Below, piece by piece: positions 29,668 to 38,592 of a DNA stretch of 64,000 nt (positions within the stretch are counted from its first letter, which is position 1; each line of letters opens with the position of its first letter). The notes under the pieces are model-generated. The model ran no database searches, was not told the origin of the DNA, and saw only the letters and a program-made list of their open reading frames with translations. A program made the translations under genes and the position numbers. The DNA comes from an uncultured Campylobacter sp. Its GTDB lineage: Bacteria > Campylobacterota > Campylobacteria > Campylobacterales > Campylobacteraceae. Location of the stretch: NCBI GenBank assembly GCA_963545665.1, contig CAUUKU010000001.1:8532-72531 (forward strand), in the 5' to 3' direction.

Positions 29668-29885
29668 TTTGCAAGCCGCGAATTTTACTTTTGCGAGCAT
29701 TGCGCTGCGTTTGCGCGAGCCGTGATTTTATCAGCCTGCAGCGCAGCGCGATTTTGGCGAGCTATGTATTTTGCTAGCCGTGGATTTGCAGATTGCAAAT
29801 TTCGCGAGCTACAACTTTAAGGCTATGGTCTGCTTTTGCGAGACGGGTTTTGATTTTAAGCCGTAGCGCGGTTTTGCGAGACGCA
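29668..29885. repeat. cluster of eight TTT(T)GC(G/A/T)AG words at irregular 16-42 bp spacing
   Basis: GCGAG, GCAAG or GCTAG cores preceded by T-runs occur at 29671, 29693, 29715, 29757, 29773, 29804, 29838 and 29876. Confidence 0.45.
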
Positions 29886-30089
29886 CTGCGGCGGATAGTG
29901 GATTATTTGCCGCAGCGCCTGTATACCGATATGTCTGTATGCCACCTTGACGGATTTACGATAAATTCCATCGCGCCAACCAAACATATCGCGCCTTGAT
30001 TGAAATATAAAGATGCCTGAAAATTTTAAAATTTCACCTAGAGACTACGACAAAGAGCCGCTAGTCATAAACGGCTATGAAAAATTTTT

Positions 30090-30713
30090 GTGATCGCTTG
30101 GTATTTGGTATTGTTATTTTCCGTCTTAACGATAGCTATAATAGAGGATTTTATGGAATGCGGATCTCTATGTTCACCAAAAGGCGTAGTTATGAATTTG
30201 GTAATGTTAGGAATTCTTATTGCGATATGTATCTTTAAGTTAATTCGTAGCAAGCAACAAATAAGGTTTACGGATAGATATATAGAATTTATCGAAAACG
30301 GCGTTGTTAAGAGATCTTGCAAAGTAGAATTTGACGAACTGCGAAGGAGCTTTTCGATTGACGTATTTATTAGCTCAGAAATTTTGCAGTATATCTGCAA
30401 TTTATCTCTTATGATAATGGGGCTCATAGCTTTAAAATGGGAGCTTTTGAAGATAATATTTTTTATCTACCTATGGGGATTTTTCTTAAATTTTATATTT
30501 TATCTATCGATGAATAAAAACCTCAAGGGCTTTAGTGCTATGCCGTTTATAAGGGTCGCCGAACCTACGACCAACCCCGGATATCACAATATTTTACCAA
30601 GATACTATCTTATCTATATCTACAATGATAAAATTTACAACGATATCAAAGAGTATTTTTTGCAGAAAAATATAAATATCGACTACATCAAAAAGAATTA
30701 TCTGTTTGCCTAA
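30090..30713 (+). CDS. hypothetical multi-pass membrane protein encoded in an AT-rich islet
   Basis: 207 aa ORF with a GTG start; the true start is uncertain. It has several hydrophobic helices and very AT-rich codon usage, unlike the neighbouring genes. The antisense ORF 30065-30427 is a shadow. Confidence 0.45.
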   Translation: MIAWYLVLLFSVLTIAIIEDFMECGSLCSPKGVVMNLVMLGILIAICIFKLIRSKQQIRFTDRYIEFIENGVVKRSCKVEFDELRRSFSIDVFISSEILQYICNLSLMIMGLIALKWELLKIIFFIYLWGFFLNFIFYLSMNKNLKGFSAMPFIRVAEPTTNPGYHNILPRYYLIYIYNDKIYNDIKEYFLQKNINIDYIKKNYLFA

Positions 30714-30801
30714 AACCATAAAGCTGCAAGTATAGGCCTAGACGATCGACGCTTGGTTTGCCGCAAAAATCTATAAATTTTATCTAGCCGAACTCGCTCG
30801 T

Positions 30802-31860
30802 CTAAATCCAAATCCTCACATTCAGTTTTAAAATTTTAACGATACTCAAAAAGCTTAGAATTTCGCTCTTTATCTCGCTTGCGGGGTCGCGGCGCAGCAC
30901 GCTTTCATAGACGCTAGGCTCGAAATTATCGCGCCCAGTGTACACGAAAATATGGATCCGCCGCTCTCTGACGCTCGCCCAGATCTGCGCTCCCATCGCA
31001 TCGCCTACCGCCAAAAACCGCTCCATAAATGCGGGCGTTAGCACGTACATCGCGTTTTGCGGCTCGTCGCTAAGCACCTTGTATCGCGCGGCAAACTCCA
31101 CGTTGTCCATCGCAACGGGCTTTAGACCTACGTGCTGCTTATTTTGCATCTCGCGCGGATAGATGAAAACGGGCGCGATGATGCGTTTGTTAAATTCCGC
31201 TACGAAAAACGCCCCCGCGAGCTCGTGCTGCAAATTTTGATGAAAAAAGCTCACGTCGCTAAATTCAAAGCTCACCCCCTGCCACGCGCCGCCCACGCGG
31301 TCGTTGCCGCGCAGATTTTCGATAAACTCGAACAGATCGCTCTGTACCACGCGCCAAAACGGCACGCTGCCGTAGGAGACGTATTCGTAGCCGAGCTCGC
31401 GCACGAAAGGCGCTAGATAGTGCTGTTTGTAGCTTTGGCGGTACCGCCCGGTAAAGATATCTTGCACGCTTTTTACGCCGAGCGCGTAAAGCCGCGCTGC
31501 TAGCCACACCGCAAGCGCAAGCGCGGCCAAGCCTATCAGCGCCTGCGGCAAGGCCGCAGAGTATTTGAAGATCAAAAACGAGATCGCGACTGCGCCGAAT
31601 TTCAAAATATTTTCCGTGCCGATGAGATCCTTTTGCCAGCCGTTTAAGTGCACCTCTTTAAGGCTTACGGCGAGCGAGGCGATCGCCAGCAGCATAAGCA
31701 TCGTCGCGCTAAAACTCTGCACGCTCTGCCTGCGCGCAAAATACGCGATGACGCCGAATACCGCAAACAGCGCCACCGTGCTTATGACGGCAATCAACTT
31801 TAGCTGCTCCACGTGCTTTTTCGCATCCAGTCGCAGGCGCTCTAAATCGTAAATAGTCAA
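30802..31860 (-). CDS. membrane protein, probably DUF3137 family
   Basis: 352 aa with a TTG start and GAGG 6 nt upstream. It has N-terminal TM helices, and the C-terminal VSFEFSDV...FFVAEFNK...NVEFAARYKVLSDEP..AMYVLTPAFMERF resembles DUF3137 proteins (from memory). Confidence 0.6.
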   Translation of the reverse strand: MTIYDLERLRLDAKKHVEQLKLIAVISTVALFAVFGVIAYFARRQSVQSFSATMLMLLAIASLAVSLKEVHLNGWQKDLIGTENILKFGAVAISFLIFKYSAALPQALIGLAALALAVWLAARLYALGVKSVQDIFTGRYRQSYKQHYLAPFVRELGYEYVSYGSVPFWRVVQSDLFEFIENLRGNDRVGGAWQGVSFEFSDVSFFHQNLQHELAGAFFVAEFNKRIIAPVFIYPREMQNKQHVGLKPVAMDNVEFAARYKVLSDEPQNAMYVLTPAFMERFLAVGDAMGAQIWASVRERRIHIFVYTGRDNFEPSVYESVLRRDPASEIKSEILSFLSIVKILKLNVRIWI

Positions 31861-32602
31861 ATCAAACCTCGCTTCAAATTTGCTCGCAATTTTAGCAAAA
31901 TTTTAAAAATTTTGAAATTTTAAATCAAACGCGCGGGCGAGATCTGCGGGACAAATACGGCGCGAGAGCGTGTTTTGCGCATAAAATACGCCGCGAAAAC
32001 ACGCGGACTATTCGGCGCGACGATTGCGGCAGGCGGTCTTATAATGCAAGAAGCGGCAAGCGCGCCCGACTACGCGACGCGGCGGACCGGGCGATTTATG
32101 AGCGTATTCGGCGCGGACGGCGGATACAAAATTTATAGCGCATAGACGCGGTGGAATTTTAAGCCGCGCAACGACCGGCGCGAATTTTAAAATTCCGGTG
32201 CCGCGTGGGCAAGAGGAAATTTCAAGCCACGAGAACATGGCGGGATCCCCGACACCGCAAGGAGCGACGGGAAATTTTAAACGGAAAATTTAAGCCGAGA
32301 ACGGCAAATAGAATTTCAGGGCGCAAGCTCGCGGGGTTTTAAAATTTCATCCGCTCTTGGCGCGACGGCCGCGCGTTCCGATCATTTCGGCGCCCCGCCG
32401 CGAGCGCCTGCTCCGATCGGCTCAGTAGCAAGCGCCGCCTTCGGTTCATCTAGCCCGCGGGCGCCATCATTGAGGATGCTCTGCCCAATCGTTTCGCGCT
32501 ATTATTGCAAACCCGCCCTCGGACACGCCGGAGCCGCTGCGCGGCGGGTGCTCTACTTTTGGATCTACTCTGCGTTTTTGCCTTGCTCGCAGGCATACCC
32601 GC

Positions 32603-33076
32603 GCCGTCGCCGCAGGCGCTCCGCTCCAAACTCGCCCGACGCCGCTTTATCGCAAGAGGCTACCTAGAGCCTGCTCAGCGCTATTTTGTCGCGATCGCGC
32701 TCTGCCGCCGTGCATGCTCAAATTCGCCGCGGGCTCTGCAACGACGGCGTCCGTATCAATGCGCCGAACAGGCATTCAAACCCCGCCTCGTCGTAACAGG
32801 CGCCGATATGTCGCTAGACGCGCAGGCTAGGACATATTCAAATTAATCTGCCGCGAGATATTTATCGCACGAGCAGTCTTGTCGCGGGTATCTGCGAGCG
32901 CTATTTAAAAAAATACTCACGGCGGCAAAACACGAACATAAATCTCACAAGAGCATCATGCGGGTGTTACGGACGCAAACGCCCCGTCGCCGCAGACGCT
33001 TCGCTTCAAATCCATCTGAAGCCGCTTTGTTGCGAGCGACCCGCTTCAAGCTCGCCCGACGTCGTTTTATCGCAAG
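32603..33076. repeat. degenerate direct repeat pair inside a 1.36 kb gene-free spacer
   Basis: GTCGCCGCAG(G/A)CGCT(C/T)CGCT(C/T)CAAA...CTCGCCCGACG(C/T)CG(C/T)TTTATCGCAAG occurs at 32603-32656 and 32982-33076. The second copy carries an internal duplication of about 40 bp. Confidence 0.55.
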
Positions 33077-33222
33077 CGCCGCGCCGCTAAAACAGAGGTA
33101 TTTTGGGCCGTATTGCCGTGCCGCGCAAGCTCCAGCGCTATTTCGCGGCAGTACCCTCGCGCGCGCGCCCGGACGCTCGCTGCGAGCGAGGCGCCCTACG
33201 AAATTTTTGCCGCCGCAACCGC

Positions 33223-34236
33223 TCATACCCAGCTCCTTTTGATTTCGCCGCTTAGTTTTACTAAAATTTCATACTCGATCGTGCCGAAGCGCTTAGCCCA
33301 GTCCCGCGCGTCGTCCAGCACGCAGATGCGCTCGCCGCCGAATTCTGCGCAGAAGCTATCCATCGACATCTTGCCTAACATCCGCTCGCCGCCCGGCAGG
33401 ACGAGCTCGCCCTCGCCGTCGTAGCGGAGTAACCCGTCCGCGTAGCCCAGATCGTAGGTGCCGATCTTCATATCGCGCGGCGCTTCAAATTTCGCGCCGT
33501 AACCGACGCGCTGACCCTTTTTTAGCACGCGCGAGCTGATCAGATCGGCATAGAGCTTAAGCACGGGACGCAAGCCTAAGCTTTCGTCAAACTGCGCGTA
33601 GCCGAACTGCGCCATCCCCACGCGCGCATACTCATCATCAAAGCCCTCTCTGCGCTCAATCGCCGCGGAGTTGCTCGAATGAAATTTTAAATTTTCAAAG
33701 CCCGCGGCGGCGGCTTTTTGCCCCGCGAGCCGCTTAAATTCTATAAAATTTTGCCTCTGCGCGAAAAAATCGCCGTTTAGCTCGTCGCTTGCGCGAAAGT
33801 GCGTGAAAAAGCCCATCAGCCTAAACTCCCCCGCCTTGCACAGCCTAAGCGCCTCATCTAGCTCGCTCGCGTCGATGCCGTTTCTATGCATCGCGGTATC
33901 TACGGCGATGTAAATTTTAGCCCCCCGCTTAAGGCGCGCGAAGTAGCCAAGATCGTTTACCGCGTAGCAAAACCGCTCGTCCTCGAGCCCGCTTGGAATG
34001 TGTGAAAGCACTAAAATTTCGCCGAATAGATCCGCGATCTGCGCAGCCTCGCTCATCGTGCGCACGACCGCCTTGTCGATACCGAAGCTCGCCGCAGCCT
34101 CGCAGCAGAGCCTAGAGCCGTGGCCGTAGGAGTTGTCTTTGGCGACTAGGAAAATTTTATCCGCGCCGCCTACTTTAGCCGCGATCTGCGCGAGATTATG
34201 CAGATACGCCGCGCGATCGAGCAGTATCTCAGACAT
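33223..34236 (-). CDS. alr: alanine racemase
   Basis: 337 aa. VAKDNSYGHG corresponds to the PLP-lysine motif (V-K-A-N-A-YGHG type), and the C-terminal domain carries the YGY/YADG-like region. Confidence 0.85.
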   Translation of the reverse strand: MSEILLDRAAYLHNLAQIAAKVGGADKIFLVAKDNSYGHGSRLCCEAAASFGIDKAVVRTMSEAAQIADLFGEILVLSHIPSGLEDERFCYAVNDLGYFARLKRGAKIYIAVDTAMHRNGIDASELDEALRLCKAGEFRLMGFFTHFRASDELNGDFFAQRQNFIEFKRLAGQKAAAAGFENLKFHSSNSAAIERREGFDDEYARVGMAQFGYAQFDESLGLRPVLKLYADLISSRVLKKGQRVGYGAKFEAPRDMKIGTYDLGYADGLLRYDGEGELVLPGGERMLGKMSMDSFCAEFGGERICVLDDARDWAKRFGTIEYEILVKLSGEIKRSWV

Positions 34237-34489
34237 CGAAGTTCACTCCGTACGCGCGGTAGAGATAGGGCAGCAGCTTGCGCGCGGCGTAGTCGTAGCC
34301 GTAAAATTTCGCGTAAACCTCCTTCAGGTTAGCTGCACCTGCGCGCTCGAAATCAAACACGTCGGTACCCGCGATCTTGGGCACGCGCTCGTCTAAAAAT
34401 TTAAAAAATTCCGCCCTGGCGCCCAAAAGCTCTTTGATATTTTTCTCCACGAGCTCTTTTTGTGCGCTCGCTTCGCTGTTTTCTTGCAT
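34229..34489 (-). CDS. hypothetical protein
   Basis: 86 aa with an AAGGA RBS. It overlaps the alr start by 8 nt, which suggests translational coupling. Confidence 0.5.
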   Translation of the reverse strand: MQENSEASAQKELVEKNIKELLGARAEFFKFLDERVPKIAGTDVFDFERAGAANLKEVYAKFYGYDYAARKLLPYLYRAYGVNFDV

Positions 34490-34537
34490 TTCACATCCTT
34501 AATTTAAATTTATCATCAAATTTTACCCCGGCGATAT

Positions 34538-35896
34538 TTAGCATTTTTTCAAAATTTCTAAAAATACGCTTTGCATCTTATCTCTAAACTCCGCGCTGCC
34601 GGCCTCGAAGCGGGTTACGATCACGGGCGTGGTGTTGCTAGCGCGCACTAGCGCCCAGCCGTCGTCGAACCGCACGCGAATGCCGTCTATTTCGATTACG
34701 TCGCGCACGGCGGGAAGCTCCTCTATACCGCTATGGATGCGCGCTTTGACCGCCTCGATGATCTCAAATTTGCGCTCCTCGCTCGTATTAAATTTTATCT
34801 CGTCGGTGCTAAACGTCCGCGGCAGCTTATCGAGCTCGCCGTCAAGATCAAAGCCGAGCTTTACGAGCTCGAGCACGCGCATCATCGCATATACGGCGTC
34901 GTCGAAGCCGAAATATCGCTCCTTAAAATAGATATGCCCGCTAACCTCGGCGGCAAGGTCGATGCCAAGCTCCTTCATCGCCTTTTTGATATTGCTGTGG
35001 CCGGTCTTGCCCATGAAGCTTTTGCCGATCTTATCGATGGTATCGTACATCGCCTGCGAGCATTTGACCTCGCCTAGGATGCGCGGATGGGTCATGTTTA
35101 GAGCAAGCAGGCAGGCTAGCTCGTCGCCTTTGATGTTGCGGCGCGGAGTTAGCACGGCGATCCTATCGGCATCCCCGTCAAAGCCGAACCCTAGAGCCAC
35201 GCCGTCTTGCTTCATCGCAGCTTTAAGATCCGCTAAATTTTTCTCCTCGCTAGGGTCCGGGTGGTGGTTTGGAAAGTTGCCGTCGGGCTGCGGAAATAAA
35301 ACCTTGGCATTCAAGCCAAGCCTTTCGATGATTTTAGTAGCCGTAACGCCTGCGGCGCCGTTTGCACAGTCGATGATAAAGGGCGCGGCAAAGCCCTTAA
35401 GAGCCGCAAATTCCTTCTCAAAATATGCTAGATACTCGCTTAAAATATCATACCTCTGGGCGCCTACATCAGTTGGAATTTCAAAATTTGAACTCATCAG
35501 CTCTCGCACCTGCGCGCCTAGGCGCTTCAAATCCTCGCCGAAGAAGCTGTCCGTGCCGATCGTGATCTTAAAGCCGTTGTAATTTTTGGGATTGTGCGAG
35601 CCTGTAATCATTACGTTTGCGTCAAATTTATGCGTAAATACGCTAAAATAACCCACCGGCGTCGGTAGCAAGCCGATATTATAAACCCGCGGAGCTGCAA
35701 AATTTAGCCCGCTTACAAAATAGCCGAAAAGCTCATCCGCGCTGAGGCGGGCATCGTATCCTACGCTAACGCGCTCAAGCCCGAGATTTGCGATATGTTT
35801 GCCAAGCGCGAAGCCGATCGCCTTTACGCTGCGCTCGTTTAGCTCCTCGCCCACGATACCGCGTATGTCGTACTCCCTAAAGATATTTTCGATCAT
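34538..35896 (-). CDS. phosphomannomutase/phosphoglucomutase (alpha-D-phosphohexomutase)
   Basis: 452 aa with the TGSHNP active-site serine loop, the GFDGDADR metal-binding loop and the GEVSGH sugar-binding loop. Confidence 0.92.
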   Translation of the reverse strand: MIENIFREYDIRGIVGEELNERSVKAIGFALGKHIANLGLERVSVGYDARLSADELFGYFVSGLNFAAPRVYNIGLLPTPVGYFSVFTHKFDANVMITGSHNPKNYNGFKITIGTDSFFGEDLKRLGAQVRELMSSNFEIPTDVGAQRYDILSEYLAYFEKEFAALKGFAAPFIIDCANGAAGVTATKIIERLGLNAKVLFPQPDGNFPNHHPDPSEEKNLADLKAAMKQDGVALGFGFDGDADRIAVLTPRRNIKGDELACLLALNMTHPRILGEVKCSQAMYDTIDKIGKSFMGKTGHSNIKKAMKELGIDLAAEVSGHIYFKERYFGFDDAVYAMMRVLELVKLGFDLDGELDKLPRTFSTDEIKFNTSEERKFEIIEAVKARIHSGIEELPAVRDVIEIDGIRVRFDDGWALVRASNTTPVIVTRFEAGSAEFRDKMQSVFLEILKKC

Positions 35897-35993
35897 TTAG
35901 TTCCTTTCAAATTTAACCGAGCCATTTTATAAAAACTTGCTTAAAATTTATATTATAAATGTTAAAATCTGCCCAAAATTCCAAAGGTCGCTT

Positions 35994-36500
35994 ATGAAAA
36001 AATTTTTACTTATGCTGGCGTTTGCGGCGCTTGCCTGCGCCAAAGACTACGAGACGATAGATAGCGTAGATACCTCCTTTAGGCTCTTTGGCAAGGACGA
36101 TCGCATCGAGATCATCGCCGTAAAAGACCCAAAAGTGCAGGGCGTTACCTGCTACGTCTCATACGCCAAAAAAGGCGGCGCCAAAGAGATTATCGGCGTG
36201 GAGGAGGATCGCTCCGAAGCCTCCGTTTCATGCGTACAGACCGCGCCTAAAATTTTAATCAAAGAAAAGCTCAAAAAAGAGGATATTTTTGAAAAGCGCA
36301 GCTCGCTAATCTTTAAGAAAACCCACGTCGTGCGGATGTTTGACGAGAAGCAAAACGCGCTGATTTATCTAATCTACTCGGATAAAATCATCGACGGCTC
36401 GCCTAATAATTCGGTCTCGGCGATCCCGTGCCGCCAGGCCGTGGGCGAGGTGTGCGAGTTTGGCTACGATAAAAACTCAAACGACGCGAACATTAAGTAA
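35994..36500 (+). CDS. creA: CreA family periplasmic protein
   Basis: The start is trimmed to MKKFLLMLAFAALACA (a signal peptide). The VSYAKKGGAKE...SVSCVQT region is typical of CreA. Confidence 0.7.
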   Translation: MKKFLLMLAFAALACAKDYETIDSVDTSFRLFGKDDRIEIIAVKDPKVQGVTCYVSYAKKGGAKEIIGVEEDRSEASVSCVQTAPKILIKEKLKKEDIFEKRSSLIFKKTHVVRMFDEKQNALIYLIYSDKIIDGSPNNSVSAIPCRQAVGEVCEFGYDKNSNDANIK

Positions 36501-36555
36501 ATTTTTGCTAAAATCCCAAGATTTTGAAAATCACCGTAAAATTTAAAGGAATTTG

Positions 36556-38508
36556 ATGAAGACGTTTTTAAGTATGGAGTGCGCGTCGGTGATGCTACTG
36601 CTTCTTGCTCTAGCCTGTGCGATCGCTACCTTCGTTGAGACCGCCTACGGTACCGAGGTAGCCTGGGCGATGGTTTACGGCGCGCCGTGGTTTGGGGCGC
36701 TGATGGTGTTTTTGGGCGCAAATTTAGCCTACAATATCTACCGCTACCGCATGATAAAGCTTCGCACGCTGCCTGCGCTGATCTTTCACGCAAGCTTTTT
36801 GTTTATGCTAGCGGGGGCGATTTTGACGAGGTATTTCGGTTTTGAGGGCAATATGCACATAAGAGAAAATGCCGAAAGCTCGTCAGTAACGACGCGCGAG
36901 GATTACATACAGCTCATCACGCTGGATAAAAGCGGACAGTTCGTCTCCGCAGACGAGAAAAATTTCATAACCCGCAGCGGAAAGATGAATTTTGATATGA
37001 GCCTGGCCGTGGACGGCAAGACGGCGAGCCTTAAATTTAAAGAGCTAGTCGCTCACGGCGAGCCGCAATGGGTAGAGGATAGCGGTGGCAAATCGCCCGC
37101 TAGAATAGAATTTTTGTTTTCGGACGAAGCAAACAAAGAAAATCTCTCGCTGCAACCGGGCGAAAGCATGGAGATAGGCGGCGTCAGTATGGTTTTTAAC
37201 GCTGAGGCTAAGCGCGAAAATTTTATCCGCATAAAATCCAAAGACGGCAAATTTTATATCAACTCCAACGTCGATATAAACTCTACGAAGATGCCCGACA
37301 TGCAAAAGGCGCAGCTGATCAAAAATGAAGACAACGAGATCAAGGATCTGACGATCTATACGTTTAACGGGATAAATTTTTCGGCGGCCAGCATGTTAAA
37401 CTCCGCCGTGAAAAAATTCGCCCCCGTCTCGCAAAAAGTAGCCGGCGAGCAGGGCATAAACGCCGAGCTGAGCTACGACGGCGAGACGAAAGAAATTTAT
37501 ATCACCAAGGATTCTCACGGGCAGAGCTACAGCGTCGCGGGGCAAAATTTCATAGTCGCTTTAGGACCGAAGATGCTCGATCTGCCGTTTAAAATCGCTC
37601 TAAAAGACTTCGTATTAGACCGCTACCCGGGCACAAACTCGCCGTCGGGATACAAAAGCGAGATCACGCTTAAAGACGGCAACGACACGCTTGATTACGA
37701 CATCTATATGAACCACGTGCTAGATCACGGCGGATACCGATTTTTCCAAAGCTCATACGACATGGATGAGCGCGGCACGGTGCTTTCGCTCAATAAAGAC
37801 CCGGGCAAAATCCCGACCTACGTCGGATACTTTCTGCTATGCGTGGGGATGTTTTTTAACTTTTTCAACCCGAACTCGCGCTTTTTCAAGCTCTCGCGCT
37901 TAATCAGCGAAAACACCCATCTCGCTACGGACGGCAAAAAAGCTCCCGCGGCGCCTAAAAATTCTGCAAATTCTAAAAATTCCGCCGGCTTGCAAAATTC
38001 CGCAAGCGGCACGAATAGCGCCTCGGGCGGCGGTCCTGCCGCAGCGCCTAAGCGCGCCGAAAAGAATAAACGCGGCGCGGCGCTTATGCTTGCATTTGTT
38101 TTTGCCTTTGCCCTAGCGACTCCGAGCTTAGCTCGCGCAGAGGCAAATTCCACCGCCGAGATGGGCTCCGCGGCTAGCAAAACCGTCTCCGCGGGCGGCG
38201 CTAGCGAGGCAAATTCTACGAGCGCGACCGAAAAGACGGATACCGCGAGCTGGACAAATTCTATGAGTGCGGATGAGGCAAATTCCAAAGGCGGCGAGGG
38301 CGAGACGAATTCCGATAGCGCCGCAAGCTCTAACGGCGAAAATTCTGCGCGACAAGGCGAAACCGATACGGGCGCGATGCACAGCTTCGGCGCCGCTAGC
38401 GAGCTTAACCTACCGAAATTTGATAAACAATTTAGCGAAGATCTAGCAAGCCTCGTCATTCAGGGATTTGACGGACGCATGGAGCCTTTCGATACCGCCG
38501 CGAGGTAG
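36556..38508 (+). CDS. ccsB: ResB/CcsB-like N-terminal part of cytochrome c synthase, ending at an in-frame TAG
   Basis: An ATG at 36556 follows an AAGGA RBS. The protein has an N-terminal TM helix, a large periplasmic ResB-like domain (FKIALKDFVLDRYPGTNSPSGYKSEI, YRFFQSSYD) and further TM helices. It carries a low-complexity insertion of about 150 aa and terminates at the TAG at 38506. Confidence 0.8.
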   Translation: MKTFLSMECASVMLLLLALACAIATFVETAYGTEVAWAMVYGAPWFGALMVFLGANLAYNIYRYRMIKLRTLPALIFHASFLFMLAGAILTRYFGFEGNMHIRENAESSSVTTREDYIQLITLDKSGQFVSADEKNFITRSGKMNFDMSLAVDGKTASLKFKELVAHGEPQWVEDSGGKSPARIEFLFSDEANKENLSLQPGESMEIGGVSMVFNAEAKRENFIRIKSKDGKFYINSNVDINSTKMPDMQKAQLIKNEDNEIKDLTIYTFNGINFSAASMLNSAVKKFAPVSQKVAGEQGINAELSYDGETKEIYITKDSHGQSYSVAGQNFIVALGPKMLDLPFKIALKDFVLDRYPGTNSPSGYKSEITLKDGNDTLDYDIYMNHVLDHGGYRFFQSSYDMDERGTVLSLNKDPGKIPTYVGYFLLCVGMFFNFFNPNSRFFKLSRLISENTHLATDGKKAPAAPKNSANSKNSAGLQNSASGTNSASGGGPAAAPKRAEKNKRGAALMLAFVFAFALATPSLARAEANSTAEMGSAASKTVSAGGASEANSTSATEKTDTASWTNSMSADEANSKGGEGETNSDSAASSNGENSARQGETDTGAMHSFGAASELNLPKFDKQFSEDLASLVIQGFDGRMEPFDTAAR

Positions 38509-38592
38509 CTTTTAAATATAATTTAGGGCGCCGACGACTACAAGGCGCCGAACGGTGAAATTTTAAGCCACAACGCCGCCGCGCTTTCGTTT

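Noticed and set aside
32008-33424. Six overlapping ORFs of 65-113 aa in the 1.36 kb spacer upstream of alr
   Set aside because: They are Arg/Ala/Pro-rich, mutually overlapping on both strands and coincide with the direct repeats. Their composition is noncoding-like.
37818-38459. A 213 aa minus-strand ORF antisense to ccsB
   Set aside because: It lies exactly over the low-complexity Asn-Ser/Ala-rich insertion. Its translation is an Ala/Ser/Leu/Phe low-complexity mirror of the sense strand.
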